Shown here piece after piece: positions 24,611 to 34,383 of a DNA stretch of 64,000 nucleotides. Position 1 is the first letter of the stretch. Each line of letters opens with the position of its first letter. A program made the position numbers and the translations under genes. Origin of the DNA: Acidobacteriota bacterium (GTDB taxonomy: Bacteria; Acidobacteriota; UBA890; WLXD01); assembly GCA_963666055.2 (NCBI GenBank), contig CAXWPH010000015.1, positions 1,952,001 through 2,016,000 on the forward strand. Direction: 5' to 3'. The notes under the pieces were generated by a model. The model saw only the letters and a program-made list of their open reading frames with translations, was not told the DNA's origin and did not search any database.

Positions 24611-26011
24611 TCAGTCCTGCTCGTCGCGCCGGACGGCCTTGGCGCGCTTCGCCCACCCTTCGTGCACTACCTGCCTGCCGCGCGCAATCCCGAGAGAATG
24701 ATCCGGCACGTCGTTGGTGATCGTCGAGCCGGCCCCCACGTAGGCTCCGCGCCCGATCCGTACCGGCGCGACGATGGCGGTGTTGCTGCCGATGAACGCG
24801 CCGTCGCCGATCAGCGTCCGGTGCTTGTTCACACCATCATAATTGCAGGTGATGGTTCCCGCCCCCACGTTCACGTCAGCGCCGATCTCCGCGTCGCCTA
24901 GATAGGTGAGATGACCGGCCTTGCTGCGTGGGCCCAGAGTCGTCTTCTTCACCTCTACGAAATTACCCACCTTGGCTCGCTCACAGATGTGCGCGCCGGG
25001 GCGCAGGCGGGCATAGGGCCCGACGCTGGCGCCATTCTCCACCACCGCGTTCTCCAGCACGCTGCCGTCGTACAAGACGACGTCGTCGCCGATCACGCTC
25101 TCGCTAACGCGGACATTGGGATAGATCCGGCACCGGCGTCCCACCGCAGTGCCCGCTTCTAGCGTGACACCCGGATAGATCACCGTATCGCTGCCGACGC
25201 GCACGTCGGCGTCGGCGGACACGGCATCAGGGTTGAGCAGCGTCACGCCAGCCTCCATGAGCTCGTCGAGCTTGCGGCGCCGTACCGTTGCTTCGGCACG
25301 CGACAGGTCGCGGCGTGTATTCACCCCGTGAACCTCGTCGGGGTCGTCGTGGTGGAACACGGCCACGCTGCCGCCCTGCCTCGATAACGCCTGCAGCGTG
25401 TCGGTTAGGTAAAATTCACCCTGGGCGTTGTCTGGCCGCAACCCCGCCAGCGCGTCGCGCAGAGCGGCAGCGGCGAACAAGTAGATGCCCGCGTTGATCT
25501 CGCGAATGGCGCGTTCCTCGTCGGTGGCATCAGACTCCTCGACGATTCGTTGCAGGGCGCCGGTCGGCGACCGAATGATACGGCCGTAGCCGGTCGGATC
25601 GTCCAACGAAACAGTCAGGAACATCCCGGCAGCGGTGTCGTGCGACTCGATCATGGCGCGCAACGTTGGCGCGCGGATCCCCGGACAGTCGCCATTGATC
25701 ACCAGCACCAGCCCTTCGTGGTCGCCATCCGGGAACGTTGCTGCAAGACCGCACGCCGCCGCGTCCCCGGTACCGCGGGCGGGGTCCTGCACGGCGAAGC
25801 GCAGCGCAGCATCGTCAAGCGCAGCGCGGATTCGGTCGTGCTCGGCCGGTACGACCAAGGTGATGCTGGCAGCGCTCAGGTCGCGTGCCGCACGGACGAC
25901 GTGCTCAATGATCGGCTGGCCGGCGACTCGATGAAGTAGCTTTGGCGTGTCGCTGCGCATGCGTGCACCCTCGCCAGCGGCGAGGATGACGACGTGTACC
26001 GGCGGTATCAT
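24611..26011 (-). CDS. glmU: Bifunctional UDP-GlcNAc pyrophosphorylase / GlcN-1-P acetyltransferase
   Basis: LAAGEGARM..PK, GYGRI, EFYLTD, hexapeptide repeats, GNFVEVK, CNYDG. Confidence 0.98.
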   Translation of the reverse strand: MIPPVHVVILAAGEGARMRSDTPKLLHRVAGQPIIEHVVRAARDLSAASITLVVPAEHDRIRAALDDAALRFAVQDPARGTGDAAACGLAATFPDGDHEGLVLVINGDCPGIRAPTLRAMIESHDTAAGMFLTVSLDDPTGYGRIIRSPTGALQRIVEESDATDEERAIREINAGIYLFAAAALRDALAGLRPDNAQGEFYLTDTLQALSRQGGSVAVFHHDDPDEVHGVNTRRDLSRAEATVRRRKLDELMEAGVTLLNPDAVSADADVRVGSDTVIYPGVTLEAGTAVGRRCRIYPNVRVSESVIGDDVVLYDGSVLENAVVENGASVGPYARLRPGAHICERAKVGNFVEVKKTTLGPRSKAGHLTYLGDAEIGADVNVGAGTITCNYDGVNKHRTLIGDGAFIGSNTAIVAPVRIGRGAYVGAGSTITNDVPDHSLGIARGRQVVHEGWAKRAKAVRRDEQD

Positions 26012-26031
26012 CTACTTTCCGCATTGGGCAC

Positions 26032-26892
26032 CTACTGCGCCCCGTCTCCGCTAACGACGCCACGGAAATCCTCGTGCACGCGCAGGGGCACGAAATCTGG
26101 ATCGTTCTGTGCGTAGATGCGGTTGGAGTCGTTGATGTCGACGGCGGCGCGTAGAGCGCTGATCGCCGCGTCCGCGTCGCCCTTCTGCGCCAGAGCTGCA
26201 GCCTGGCAGTAGAGAATCCGATCGTCACCCGGCGCCTGGTCGAGCGCTAAGGCAAAGGCCTCCAGAGCGCTGGAGGGATTGCCGGCGTTCAATGAGACGA
26301 CCCCGAGCAGGTAGTGGTCGTCGGCGTTCTGCGGGCTGAAGTCACTGCTACGCGCGCGGCGCTCGAGGCCGGCGAGATATTGTCGGGCGCGTGCCGTGAG
26401 CACAGCATCGGATGGGCTCGCTGCGACCACCGCGTGGAACGATTTCATCGCCTTCCCGAATGCCCCATCGTGAAAGCGCTTCACGCCAACCTCGAACATC
26501 TTGAGAGCTTTGACTACATCCGCCTGCTGGCGCATTTCAGCGCGGCGGTTTTTCTCCTCCTCGGCGGCATCGCGCTCGCTGTCCAGGCGAGCCTCGCGTT
26601 CCCCCGGTGTCTCTGTAGGCTGGGCGGGCCTGCGTGGGAGGAGACCGGCGCTCTTGATCGGCGTAGGCCCGCTCTCCACCGGTGCGGCGTTTTCCTCGAT
26701 GGTCTGCGGTGGCAGCACCGCTGGCATCGGGTCGGGCTCTTTGTAGTCTTGCTTCTTCAGCCCCATACGGCGGATCTTCGACTCCATCGCTTTCTGGCTG
26801 ACGCCGAAGTGATCGGCGAGCTCCGCGTACGTCTTGTGGCGAAAGTGCTCGCGAATGAAGTCTTCGTTCTCTTCGGTCCAAGTCTTTGCCAT
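26032..26892 (-). CDS. N-terminal HTH + C-terminal TPR protein
   Basis: N-terminal WTEENEDFIREH...YAELADHFGVSQKAMESKIRRMGL; Pro-rich linker; TPR helices ending AQNDPDFVPLR. Confidence 0.75.
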   Translation of the reverse strand: MAKTWTEENEDFIREHFRHKTYAELADHFGVSQKAMESKIRRMGLKKQDYKEPDPMPAVLPPQTIEENAAPVESGPTPIKSAGLLPRRPAQPTETPGEREARLDSERDAAEEEKNRRAEMRQQADVVKALKMFEVGVKRFHDGAFGKAMKSFHAVVAASPSDAVLTARARQYLAGLERRARSSDFSPQNADDHYLLGVVSLNAGNPSSALEAFALALDQAPGDDRILYCQAAALAQKGDADAAISALRAAVDINDSNRIYAQNDPDFVPLRVHEDFRGVVSGDGAQ

Positions 26893-26945
26893 GCTAGTGA
26901 TCGGCCTTTCGCAGAAGAGAACAATTGTCAGTATGGGGCACCGAG

Positions 26946-27010
26946 ATTATATAGGGCCAGGCCTGCGGCGTACGCTGCATGTTGACATCCTGGAAAGGCG
27001 TCGATAATGT
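26946..27010. promoter_or_regulatory. Divergent sigma70-type promoters
   Basis: TATAAT on minus strand (26946-26951); TTGACA-17-TAATGT on plus strand (26982-27010). Confidence 0.55.
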
Positions 27011-27085
27011 CCGAGAGCCTTTTGCGGCAAGGGATATTCGTCCCCTTGCTGACGAGCGATTCAGCGCCATAGGGGGTGGCACGGC

Positions 27086-27718
27086 ATGCTCGACCGGCTG
27101 ATCTGGCTTGGGCATTCGGGCTTCGTCGTTAGAGGTCCTCCCTGCATCTATATCGATCCGTTCCGGATCGTCGGCGGGCCGCGCGCGGACCTCGTGTTGC
27201 TAACACACCCCCACTACGATCATTGCTCGCCGACCGATCTCGCGAAGATCGTCGGCGAGACTACCGAGATCATATGTCCGCGTGACTGCTTGACGGCGCT
27301 CAGCGAGCTCCCGGGCTTGCGTCGGATCGTGCAGCCGGGCGACAAGGTGAACCTACACGGCGTCGGGATCGAGTCAGTTCCCGCATACACGCGTAAGAGT
27401 CGCATGCACGAGCGTGCCAACGCTTGGGTGGGGTATATCTTGGACATCGACGGTGTGCGCATGTATCACGCTGGAGATACTGATTACATCCCCGAGATGC
27501 GTCACATGCGAGTCGACATCGCGTGCCTCCCGATCTCCGGCGGCGAGACGATGAATCTCGTGGAAGCGGCGGCGGCCGCCAACAGCATCGCGCCGCGGGT
27601 GGTCGTTCCGATGCACTTCGGGACCCTCGGCTCCGACATCGATCCGGACCTGTTCAGCAACCTGACGCGCGTCACCGTGCGCGCACTGCGACGCGATCCC
27701 GCCTTTAGCGGCGAGTAG
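27086..27718 (+). CDS. MBL-fold metallo-hydrolase (UlaG/Lactamase_B_3-like)
   Basis: WLGHSGF, THPHYDH, YHAGDT, VPMHFG. Confidence 0.9.
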   Translation: MLDRLIWLGHSGFVVRGPPCIYIDPFRIVGGPRADLVLLTHPHYDHCSPTDLAKIVGETTEIICPRDCLTALSELPGLRRIVQPGDKVNLHGVGIESVPAYTRKSRMHERANAWVGYILDIDGVRMYHAGDTDYIPEMRHMRVDIACLPISGGETMNLVEAAAAANSIAPRVVVPMHFGTLGSDIDPDLFSNLTRVTVRALRRDPAFSGE

Positions 27719-27728
27719 GCAGCGAACC

Positions 27729-29492
27729 ATGCGTTCGCGGATCGCGACCGCGGCCCTGCTGGCAGGTGGCGTTTCTCTGGCGCTATGGCTCGCCTGGTTG
27801 GCTGCCGCAGGCCTGATCGGATACCGACCGCCGCGGTTCGAGCCAGCGGTGGCGAGCGCAGTCGGCTATGCGTGGCGCGGTGCGGTTCATGTGCACACCG
27901 CACTATCGGCTGATGCGACCGGAAGCGTCGAGGAGATTGCAGCCGCGGCGGCCCGCCTCGGCCTCGACTTCATGCTGCTGTCCGAACACACCGGCGCGCT
28001 GGGCACGGCGGGGCGAGCGAGTCCAGGGTGGTACGGCTCAGTCTTGGTGCTTGTCGGCGAGGAGATCTCCACCTTTGACGGTCATCTTCTGGCTCTCGGG
28101 GTGCCACCGCACGCCTATGCGTTGGGACCGCAGGCGCACCAGGCGGTCGACGACGTTCGTGCCCTTGGCGGTGCCTCCTGGGTGGCCCACGCGGGCGGTG
28201 ACGCTGCCTGGACGGCGGGTCTTGGGGGCATCGTCGGGGTCGAAGTGGTGAGCTTGTCGGGGGCGCTTGATCGGTTGTCACCGGGCCAACGCTTGCAGGC
28301 CGCACTAGCGTACCCGGTGAGTCCGACCGCAGCTGTGTTGCGAGCCCTTGGCGGTCGCCCGCCGGCACTCGATCTGTGGAACGAGCGGACATCCCTATCG
28401 ACCGCATTGCTGCCGCGACCGCTCGTTGCAATCGGAGCTGTCGATGCTCACGGTCCGGTCCGCGGGTTCGGCGTTCCGAGTTACGACGTTGTGTTAGGCA
28501 GTTTGACCACCGTCGTGTGGATGGATGAGCCACCGCTCCCGGGTGAGGCTGACCGGGCCGTCGCCGGTCGCTTGCTGCGCCGGCTGCGGAACGGTCGGGC
28601 GGCCGTCGAGCTTTCGGCCGCGGGGCGCGCCCCCGGCCTGTCTTTCGTCGCCTCCGGATCCGACGGCCGCGTTGCCCTTCCAGGTCAAATGAAGAGATGG
28701 AGCGACGTCGGCTGGAGGCTTGAAGCGCGCCTTGGCGCGCCCGGCGACTATCGTGTTGAGCTGCTGCGCGACGGCGTGCACGTTGGCAGCGCCGACGGTG
28801 CGGGGCTAGAAGTCGAGGCTCCCGGACCGGGGACGTATCGCATCGAGGTGTATCGCACCAGCGGCCCAGTTGGCGGCGGCCGGCAGGGAGCCACGCCGTG
28901 GATCATCAGCAACCCGATCTACCTCTGGCCGGCCGCGGCCATCGCCGCCGCCAAGGTGCGGCCGACGCCGGCGCTACCGGCACCACCGACCGCTCAACAA
29001 CTGCTGCCGGAACCTGGTTGGGCGGCAGAGAGCGACGCGCTCTCGGTCAGTGCCTTGGCGCCAATGGCTGACGGGCTCTTGTGGAACGTCCGTATGCCCA
29101 ACGAGGCGGCCGCAGACATCTTTTCTGCGGTAGCCTGGCGCCCGGAAACTGCGCAGGATTGGCGCCACACACTGGGGCTGACTGCAGGATTGTCGTCGGA
29201 GCGCGAGTGGCGTGTCGGCCTCCGCGTCTGGACCGCCGCGGCCGACGGAGAGCAGACCTGGGAACTGGTCGTGGCAAGTCGTCCCGGTGCAACGCCATTT
29301 TTGTCGCCCTGGCAACATTTTCGACAGATCGGGGCAGACGGCCAGATGGTGCGCGGTGAGCGACTCGATGAAGAGCTCGTGCGGGTTACCGGCATTGCGT
29401 TCGTCGTAACGCCACGACGCATGCGCCCCGGCAGCGAGGCGCAAATCGAGATCCGTCGCGTAGGCCTGTTCGGTGGCGAGGCGCCTCGTTGA
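27729..29492 (+). CDS. Membrane-anchored PHP-domain metallohydrolase (CehA/McbA-like) with C-terminal beta domain
   Basis: N-terminal TM, HVHT, SEH, EEIST..GH, DAH, PWIISNPIY. Confidence 0.7.
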   Translation: MRSRIATAALLAGGVSLALWLAWLAAAGLIGYRPPRFEPAVASAVGYAWRGAVHVHTALSADATGSVEEIAAAAARLGLDFMLLSEHTGALGTAGRASPGWYGSVLVLVGEEISTFDGHLLALGVPPHAYALGPQAHQAVDDVRALGGASWVAHAGGDAAWTAGLGGIVGVEVVSLSGALDRLSPGQRLQAALAYPVSPTAAVLRALGGRPPALDLWNERTSLSTALLPRPLVAIGAVDAHGPVRGFGVPSYDVVLGSLTTVVWMDEPPLPGEADRAVAGRLLRRLRNGRAAVELSAAGRAPGLSFVASGSDGRVALPGQMKRWSDVGWRLEARLGAPGDYRVELLRDGVHVGSADGAGLEVEAPGPGTYRIEVYRTSGPVGGGRQGATPWIISNPIYLWPAAAIAAAKVRPTPALPAPPTAQQLLPEPGWAAESDALSVSALAPMADGLLWNVRMPNEAAADIFSAVAWRPETAQDWRHTLGLTAGLSSEREWRVGLRVWTAAADGEQTWELVVASRPGATPFLSPWQHFRQIGADGQMVRGERLDEELVRVTGIAFVVTPRRMRPGSEAQIEIRRVGLFGGEAPR

Positions 29493-29572
29493 CGACGAAC
29501 GCCACAGCGTCCGCGCGCCACCCCAACTTGCTGCAACCAGGCCCGCCACACACTTCCACCACGGCCTGCTAG
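29475..29572 (+). mobile_element. Degenerate, internally shortened copy of the 36.3-kb MITE-like element
   Basis: TCGTTGACGACGAACG matches arm 1; CCCCAACTTGCTGCAACCAGG...CACTTCCACCACGGCCTGCTAG matches the right end. Confidence 0.75.
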
Positions 29573-29579
29573 CCTCGGC

Positions 29580-30668
29580 TTACCGTCGTACCGGAATCGT
29601 CTCCCACAAGCGCGCGAACGAATCGATCTGCAGCAGCAGTTGCACCGATTCCCGTATCCGCCCGCCGAACATGTTGCTCATCACCGCGGTCTTCAACCAC
29701 GGGTCACGCAATAACGCTTCACGGCCGGCGGCAGCCGCTTGCTCGGTTTCACCGCGCGCCATCCTGACCGAGGCCAGCAGCAACCAGGCATATCCATCAT
29801 CCGGGTAGAGGGTCGTGGCTCTGCCGGCGTGTTCGAGCGCCGCAGCGAGCTCGCCGGCGGCAAGGCGTTCGGCAGCACGTTCGCTGGCCAGCTGTCCTTG
29901 CCGTATGTCGAGCAGGCGGCGCAGTTCGGCGATCGGCGCAGGGTGATCCTCGACCCGTAGGTCTATGTATCGATCGTTGAACCGACCGTACCCACCCGCC
30001 TCGCGGACCACCAACAACGCAGCCGACTGGCGCCCGCGAGCGTCTCCACCTGCCGCTTGCCCGGCAGCCAGGGCGGCAGCCAGGCGCGTCGACAGGTCGC
30101 CGCCGGTGGCCTCAAAGGTGGCCGCCATCGCGTCAACAACTTCGGGCCCCGCGAGGATGTTGCCCTGGATCGCATAGTGCTCGCCCACCTGACCGCCGGC
30201 CCACGCCAAACAGGCATCGCCGGTAAACGTGGCCGCATTCCCCGCAGCGTCAACCACGCCTAGCTGGCGGCTCGCACGGCCCTCATCCTCGCCGGTGAGC
30301 GCAGCGACTATTTCCTCTGCCGACCCAGCTTCCGCAAGCAGCTTCAAGCCCCTCGGGCCGTAGGTGGTATTGGCGCGCGCTTGGGTCGCTACCGCGCCTA
30401 TCCCGGCTCGCGCCCACGGCACGACGGCGCCGACGCCAAAGAACTTGGACTGCACCGCCACGCCGAGATCACCGGTGTCGGGGTCGAAGCCGACGATCGA
30501 AAAAGTCGCTACAGGGACCCCGTACACTTGCTTGCCACCGGGCCGGGCCATTTGTGAGACCGGGAGACCGGCCACGGTCGTCAGGGCCAGGCTCATCGCG
30601 AGCGCGGCGAGGGCCAAACTGTTGGATCGCCGTCGTCGGGGCCTAGACCGCTCGCTCGTTTCGAACAT
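29580..30668 (-). CDS. DUF1028 (Ntn-hydrolase-like) protein with C-terminal TPR, probably exported
   Basis: ATFSIVG.DP.TG.LGVAVQS, GAVATQA, QGNILAG, GGDARGRQSAAL, DLRVEDH. Confidence 0.9.
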   Translation of the reverse strand: MFETSERSRPRRRRSNSLALAALAMSLALTTVAGLPVSQMARPGGKQVYGVPVATFSIVGFDPDTGDLGVAVQSKFFGVGAVVPWARAGIGAVATQARANTTYGPRGLKLLAEAGSAEEIVAALTGEDEGRASRQLGVVDAAGNAATFTGDACLAWAGGQVGEHYAIQGNILAGPEVVDAMAATFEATGGDLSTRLAAALAAGQAAGGDARGRQSAALLVVREAGGYGRFNDRYIDLRVEDHPAPIAELRRLLDIRQGQLASERAAERLAAGELAAALEHAGRATTLYPDDGYAWLLLASVRMARGETEQAAAAGREALLRDPWLKTAVMSNMFGGRIRESVQLLLQIDSFARLWETIPVRR

Positions 30669-30745
30669 CTCGCTCCCTCACGGTATGAAACAATGCCGTG
30701 CTGGTGAGTATAGAGCGCCCGACACATACAGCCCGCTGGCAGGGA

Positions 30746-31360
30746 ATGCTCGTGGCCCTGGAGGGGATCGACGGCTGCGGCAAGTCGACGCAGGCCAGAT
30801 TGCTGGCGGCAGCGCTCATCGAGCGCGGCCTGGCGGCAACGACGTTCCGTGAGCCGGGAGATACCGAGTACGGGCGTGAGCTACGCCGGATCTTCGTGGA
30901 GGGGCGCAATGTGTCGCCGCGCGAGGAGATGCGCCTTTTTCTCGAGGATCGCCGCATCGACGTGCACAGCAACATCCTACCTGCCCTGGCCGCGGGCAAG
31001 GTGGTGATCATGGACCGCTACTATCTCTCCTCGGTGGTCTACCAGGGCGCGCTAGGTGTCGACCCCGGAGAGATCCTCGCGGCCAACGAGGCAATCGCCC
31101 CACGGCCAGCGCTCACATTGCTACTGGACATACCCGTCGACGTGGCGCGCCTGCGGATTCGCGCCGCGCGCGGCTCCACCAACACCTTCGAAGAGCGCGA
31201 CTACTTGAACGATGTCCGCGCGCGGTACCTGAGCTACTGCGATGGCGATGGCATCGTCCGCGTCGATGCCACCGCGTTGCCCGAGGCGGTTCACCGAGAG
31301 CTCTTACGGCTCGTCTTGGGGAGGGCCCGGACCCTGGGGGCGTCGGCGGGGAGCGAGTGA
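30746..31360 (+). CDS. tmk: Thymidylate kinase
   Basis: EGIDGCGKST, REPG, DRY..SS..YQG. Confidence 0.96.
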   Translation: MLVALEGIDGCGKSTQARLLAAALIERGLAATTFREPGDTEYGRELRRIFVEGRNVSPREEMRLFLEDRRIDVHSNILPALAAGKVVIMDRYYLSSVVYQGALGVDPGEILAANEAIAPRPALTLLLDIPVDVARLRIRAARGSTNTFEERDYLNDVRARYLSYCDGDGIVRVDATALPEAVHRELLRLVLGRARTLGASAGSE

Positions 31361-31388
31361 GCTCACCGGATCCGCAACGTGCCGACGG

Positions 31389-32435
31389 TTAAACGTTGAA
31401 ACGGAAGTTCACCACGTCGCCGTCTTGGACCACGTAGTCGCGGCCTTCGACGCGTAGCTTGCCCGCCTCGCGACACTTGGCCTCGCTGCCCAGTTCGAGG
31501 AGCTCGTCCCATCGCGCCACCTCGGCGCGGATAAAGCCGCGCTCGATGTCGGAGTGGATCTTGCCGGCGGCTCGGGGCGCGGCGCTGCCGGCGCGCACGG
31601 CCCAGGCCCTGCATTCGTCCGGGCCGACGGTCAGCATGGTGATGAGGTCAAGCAGCTCGAACGCGGCGCGGACAAACCGCGCCCGCGCCGATTCTCCGAG
31701 GCCGAGCGCCTCGTAGAACTCCTGGCGCTCATCGGCGGGCATTTGGGCGATGTCCATCTCGACGCGGGCCGAAAGCGGCACGATGCCCGTGCCGATGAGG
31801 CGCGCGTTCTCGGCGAGCGCTGCCGGAACGGAGTCTGCCACCGAGTCCTCCTCCATATTGAGCACCAGTAACAGCGGCTTGAGTGTCAGGAACTGGTAGC
31901 CGGAGACGAGCCTCTTCTCGGTGGCGTCGAGGCGGAGCGTCCGTAGCGGCTGTTCGGCCTCGAGATGGACCTCGATACGCTCGAGCAGCTTGAGCTCTTG
32001 CGGGCCGGATCCGTCCTTGCGCAGTCGGGCGATGCGGCGCTCGATGATCTCGAGGTCCGCCAGTATCGTCTCGGCCTGCAGGTCGCGAAGCTCCTGCTGC
32101 GGATCCTGCTCGATTCCCAGCGCGCTGTTGTCGAAAGCACGCAGCACCTGCGCCAGGGCGTCCATCTCGCGCATGCTGTTGAGCACGCTGCGATCGAGCT
32201 CGCGAATGCCCGCACCACCAGCGATGTCGCAAAACATGATCTCTGCGTGCGTCGTCTTCTTCGGCTGGTAGAGAATCGCCAAGCGGTCGAGGCGGTGGTC
32301 GGCGACTCTCACCACGCCCAGGTTCTTGGTGCCGGCCTTGGAGGCCCCGGGGCCGGTTTGGGCGGCCAGCCCGGTGAGCGCATTGAAGACGGTGGTTTTG
32401 CCGCTGCCAGGGAATCCTACGAGTCCGATCTTCAT
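31389..32435 (-). CDS. ychF: YchF/OLA1-family ATPase (DUF933)
   Basis: [51 protein letters not shown]. Confidence 0.9.
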   Translation of the reverse strand: MKIGLVGFPGSGKTTVFNALTGLAAQTGPGASKAGTKNLGVVRVADHRLDRLAILYQPKKTTHAEIMFCDIAGGAGIRELDRSVLNSMREMDALAQVLRAFDNSALGIEQDPQQELRDLQAETILADLEIIERRIARLRKDGSGPQELKLLERIEVHLEAEQPLRTLRLDATEKRLVSGYQFLTLKPLLLVLNMEEDSVADSVPAALAENARLIGTGIVPLSARVEMDIAQMPADERQEFYEALGLGESARARFVRAAFELLDLITMLTVGPDECRAWAVRAGSAAPRAAGKIHSDIERGFIRAEVARWDELLELGSEAKCREAGKLRVEGRDYVVQDGDVVNFRFNV

Positions 32436-32528
32436 CAGGTCGGCACGCTACACCACCGTAGTGGAGCGCGCTTGCGGCCCGCGTTCCCGGCGGCACGCGC
32501 CGCTTCCGGCGCGATGCGATCAAACGTC

Positions 32529-34268
32529 TCAGTCACGTCTGCCCGGCCCATAGATCGCTTGCCCGGGGAGGGCGCCGGTGTGCTCACCGTCGCGCAGCAC
32601 CTGCTCGCCGTTGACGAAGACGTGCACCATTCCGGTGGCGTATTGATGCGGATACTCGTAGGTGGCATGGTCGGCGATGGTGTCGGGATCGAAGATCGCC
32701 AGGTCGGCGAAGTAACCTTTCCGGATCCGGCCGCGGTCGGCGATCCCGAGATTCTCACTGGGTAGGGCCGAGAGCCTACGGACAGCCTCTTCGAGCGGGA
32801 TCACACCGCGATCGCGGACGTAGCGCCCGAGAAGCCGTGAGAAGTTGCCGTAGGCCCGCGGGTGGGTGCTGGTGAGCACGAACCGCCCCTCGGTTGCCAG
32901 CGAGCCAGCGTCGGAGCCAAACGACACCCAGGGCAGAGCGATCTGCTTCTCGATGTTGCCCTCCGACATCAGGAAGTAAACGACCTGCACGCGCGTGCCG
33001 TCCTCGATCACCAGGTCGATCGCCGTGTCGGCCGGGTGCTGGCCGCGCTCGGCGGCAACTACGGCAAGCGTTTTGCCGGTGTACCGCTGGCGCAGCTCGG
33101 CGTTGCGGAAGCCGACCAGCAGCGTGCCCTCAGCGCCGGCGGCCAGCAAGAGGTTCTCCCACTCGTCGGTCGGTGTGGTCATCTCTTCTTTGACCCGCGC
33201 GCGAAGTTCAGGGTCTCCTAACCGTCGTGTCCATTCGGCGTATCCGCCCTCCTGCACCCACGGTGGCATCGCCGCATCGAGGCCGGTCGAGCCGGCGGTG
33301 TAGGTGTACATGTCGGCGGTAATCGCCAGGCCCTCAGCGCGCGCCGCCTCCACCCGGGCGATGACCTCGTCCATCTTCGACCAGTTCTGCTGACCGCCGG
33401 CCTTGAGGTGGTAGATCTCCGCCGCCACCCCAGCCTCGCGGGCCACGGTGATGAGCTCATCGACTGCCTCGATGAGGCGATTCCCCTCGGACCGCATGTG
33501 TGAAATGTACATGCCGCCGAATTCGCCAGCGGCGGCGCTGATGGCGATCAGCTCGTCCGTGTCGGCGTAAAATGCCGGCGCGTAGATAAGCGACGAGCCC
33601 ACCCCCATCGCGCCCTCGCGCATCGCAGCGCGAGCAAGATCCTGCATCCGAGCGAGCTCTTCCGCGGTGGGCGAGCGGTCCTCGTAGCCGAGCTCGTGAA
33701 CTCGCAGCGTCGTGGCGCCGACGAAGGAGGCGACGTTCGGTGCGACGCCCCTGTTCTCCAGGAAGGTCAGATATTCCCCGAGCGTTGTCCAGGGGACATT
33801 TATCGTCGAATCGGCGGCGAGGCCGAGCATTTCGCGCAGCGCCGCCTCGCTCCCCGCGTCGGCGACCCAGTTGGCGACGATATCGACCTTCATGGCGTCG
33901 TTGAGCGGCCCGTACGACGATCCTTCGCCGAATACCTCGAGGGTTACACCCTGCCGGATGTCGCCCTGCGAACGGCCGTCGACGATGAGCGAGTCGGTCG
34001 CCCAGCTCAGCATGTTGACGAAGCCGGGCGCCACCGCCAGCCCGGCGACGTCGATTTCCTCTTCGCCAACGGCGTTGTCGAGGTCTCCGATCGCGACGAT
34101 GCGGTCGGCAGCAATGGCGAGATCTCCGAGGAACGGTGCCTCGCCGCTGCCGTCGTAGATGGTGCCGCCACGCAGGACGATGTCGTACGAGAGCGGCGGT
34201 GTGCTGGCGCACGCATACGTCAGCAGGGCGGCTAGCAACAGGGTCGGGGCAACACGGACTCCAGACAT
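32529..34268 (-). CDS. N-acyl-D-amino-acid deacylase family amidohydrolase, putative lipoprotein
   Basis: Lipobox-like LLTYAC; APGFVNM, SHMRSE, YHLK, GSD, HPRAYG.F. Confidence 0.88.
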   Translation of the reverse strand: MSGVRVAPTLLLAALLTYACASTPPLSYDIVLRGGTIYDGSGEAPFLGDLAIAADRIVAIGDLDNAVGEEEIDVAGLAVAPGFVNMLSWATDSLIVDGRSQGDIRQGVTLEVFGEGSSYGPLNDAMKVDIVANWVADAGSEAALREMLGLAADSTINVPWTTLGEYLTFLENRGVAPNVASFVGATTLRVHELGYEDRSPTAEELARMQDLARAAMREGAMGVGSSLIYAPAFYADTDELIAISAAAGEFGGMYISHMRSEGNRLIEAVDELITVAREAGVAAEIYHLKAGGQQNWSKMDEVIARVEAARAEGLAITADMYTYTAGSTGLDAAMPPWVQEGGYAEWTRRLGDPELRARVKEEMTTPTDEWENLLLAAGAEGTLLVGFRNAELRQRYTGKTLAVVAAERGQHPADTAIDLVIEDGTRVQVVYFLMSEGNIEKQIALPWVSFGSDAGSLATEGRFVLTSTHPRAYGNFSRLLGRYVRDRGVIPLEEAVRRLSALPSENLGIADRGRIRKGYFADLAIFDPDTIADHATYEYPHQYATGMVHVFVNGEQVLRDGEHTGALPGQAIYGPGRRD

Positions 34269-34383
34269 GGCCGGGCTCTCGGGTGTTCGATCGGCGTGTG
34301 GTGGCTGTGCGCGGTAGCTTACGATGGGCGGTCACAGCGGGCGCTCGGTCGAGTCGTGGCCCCGCGAAGATGAGGAATCCGGA

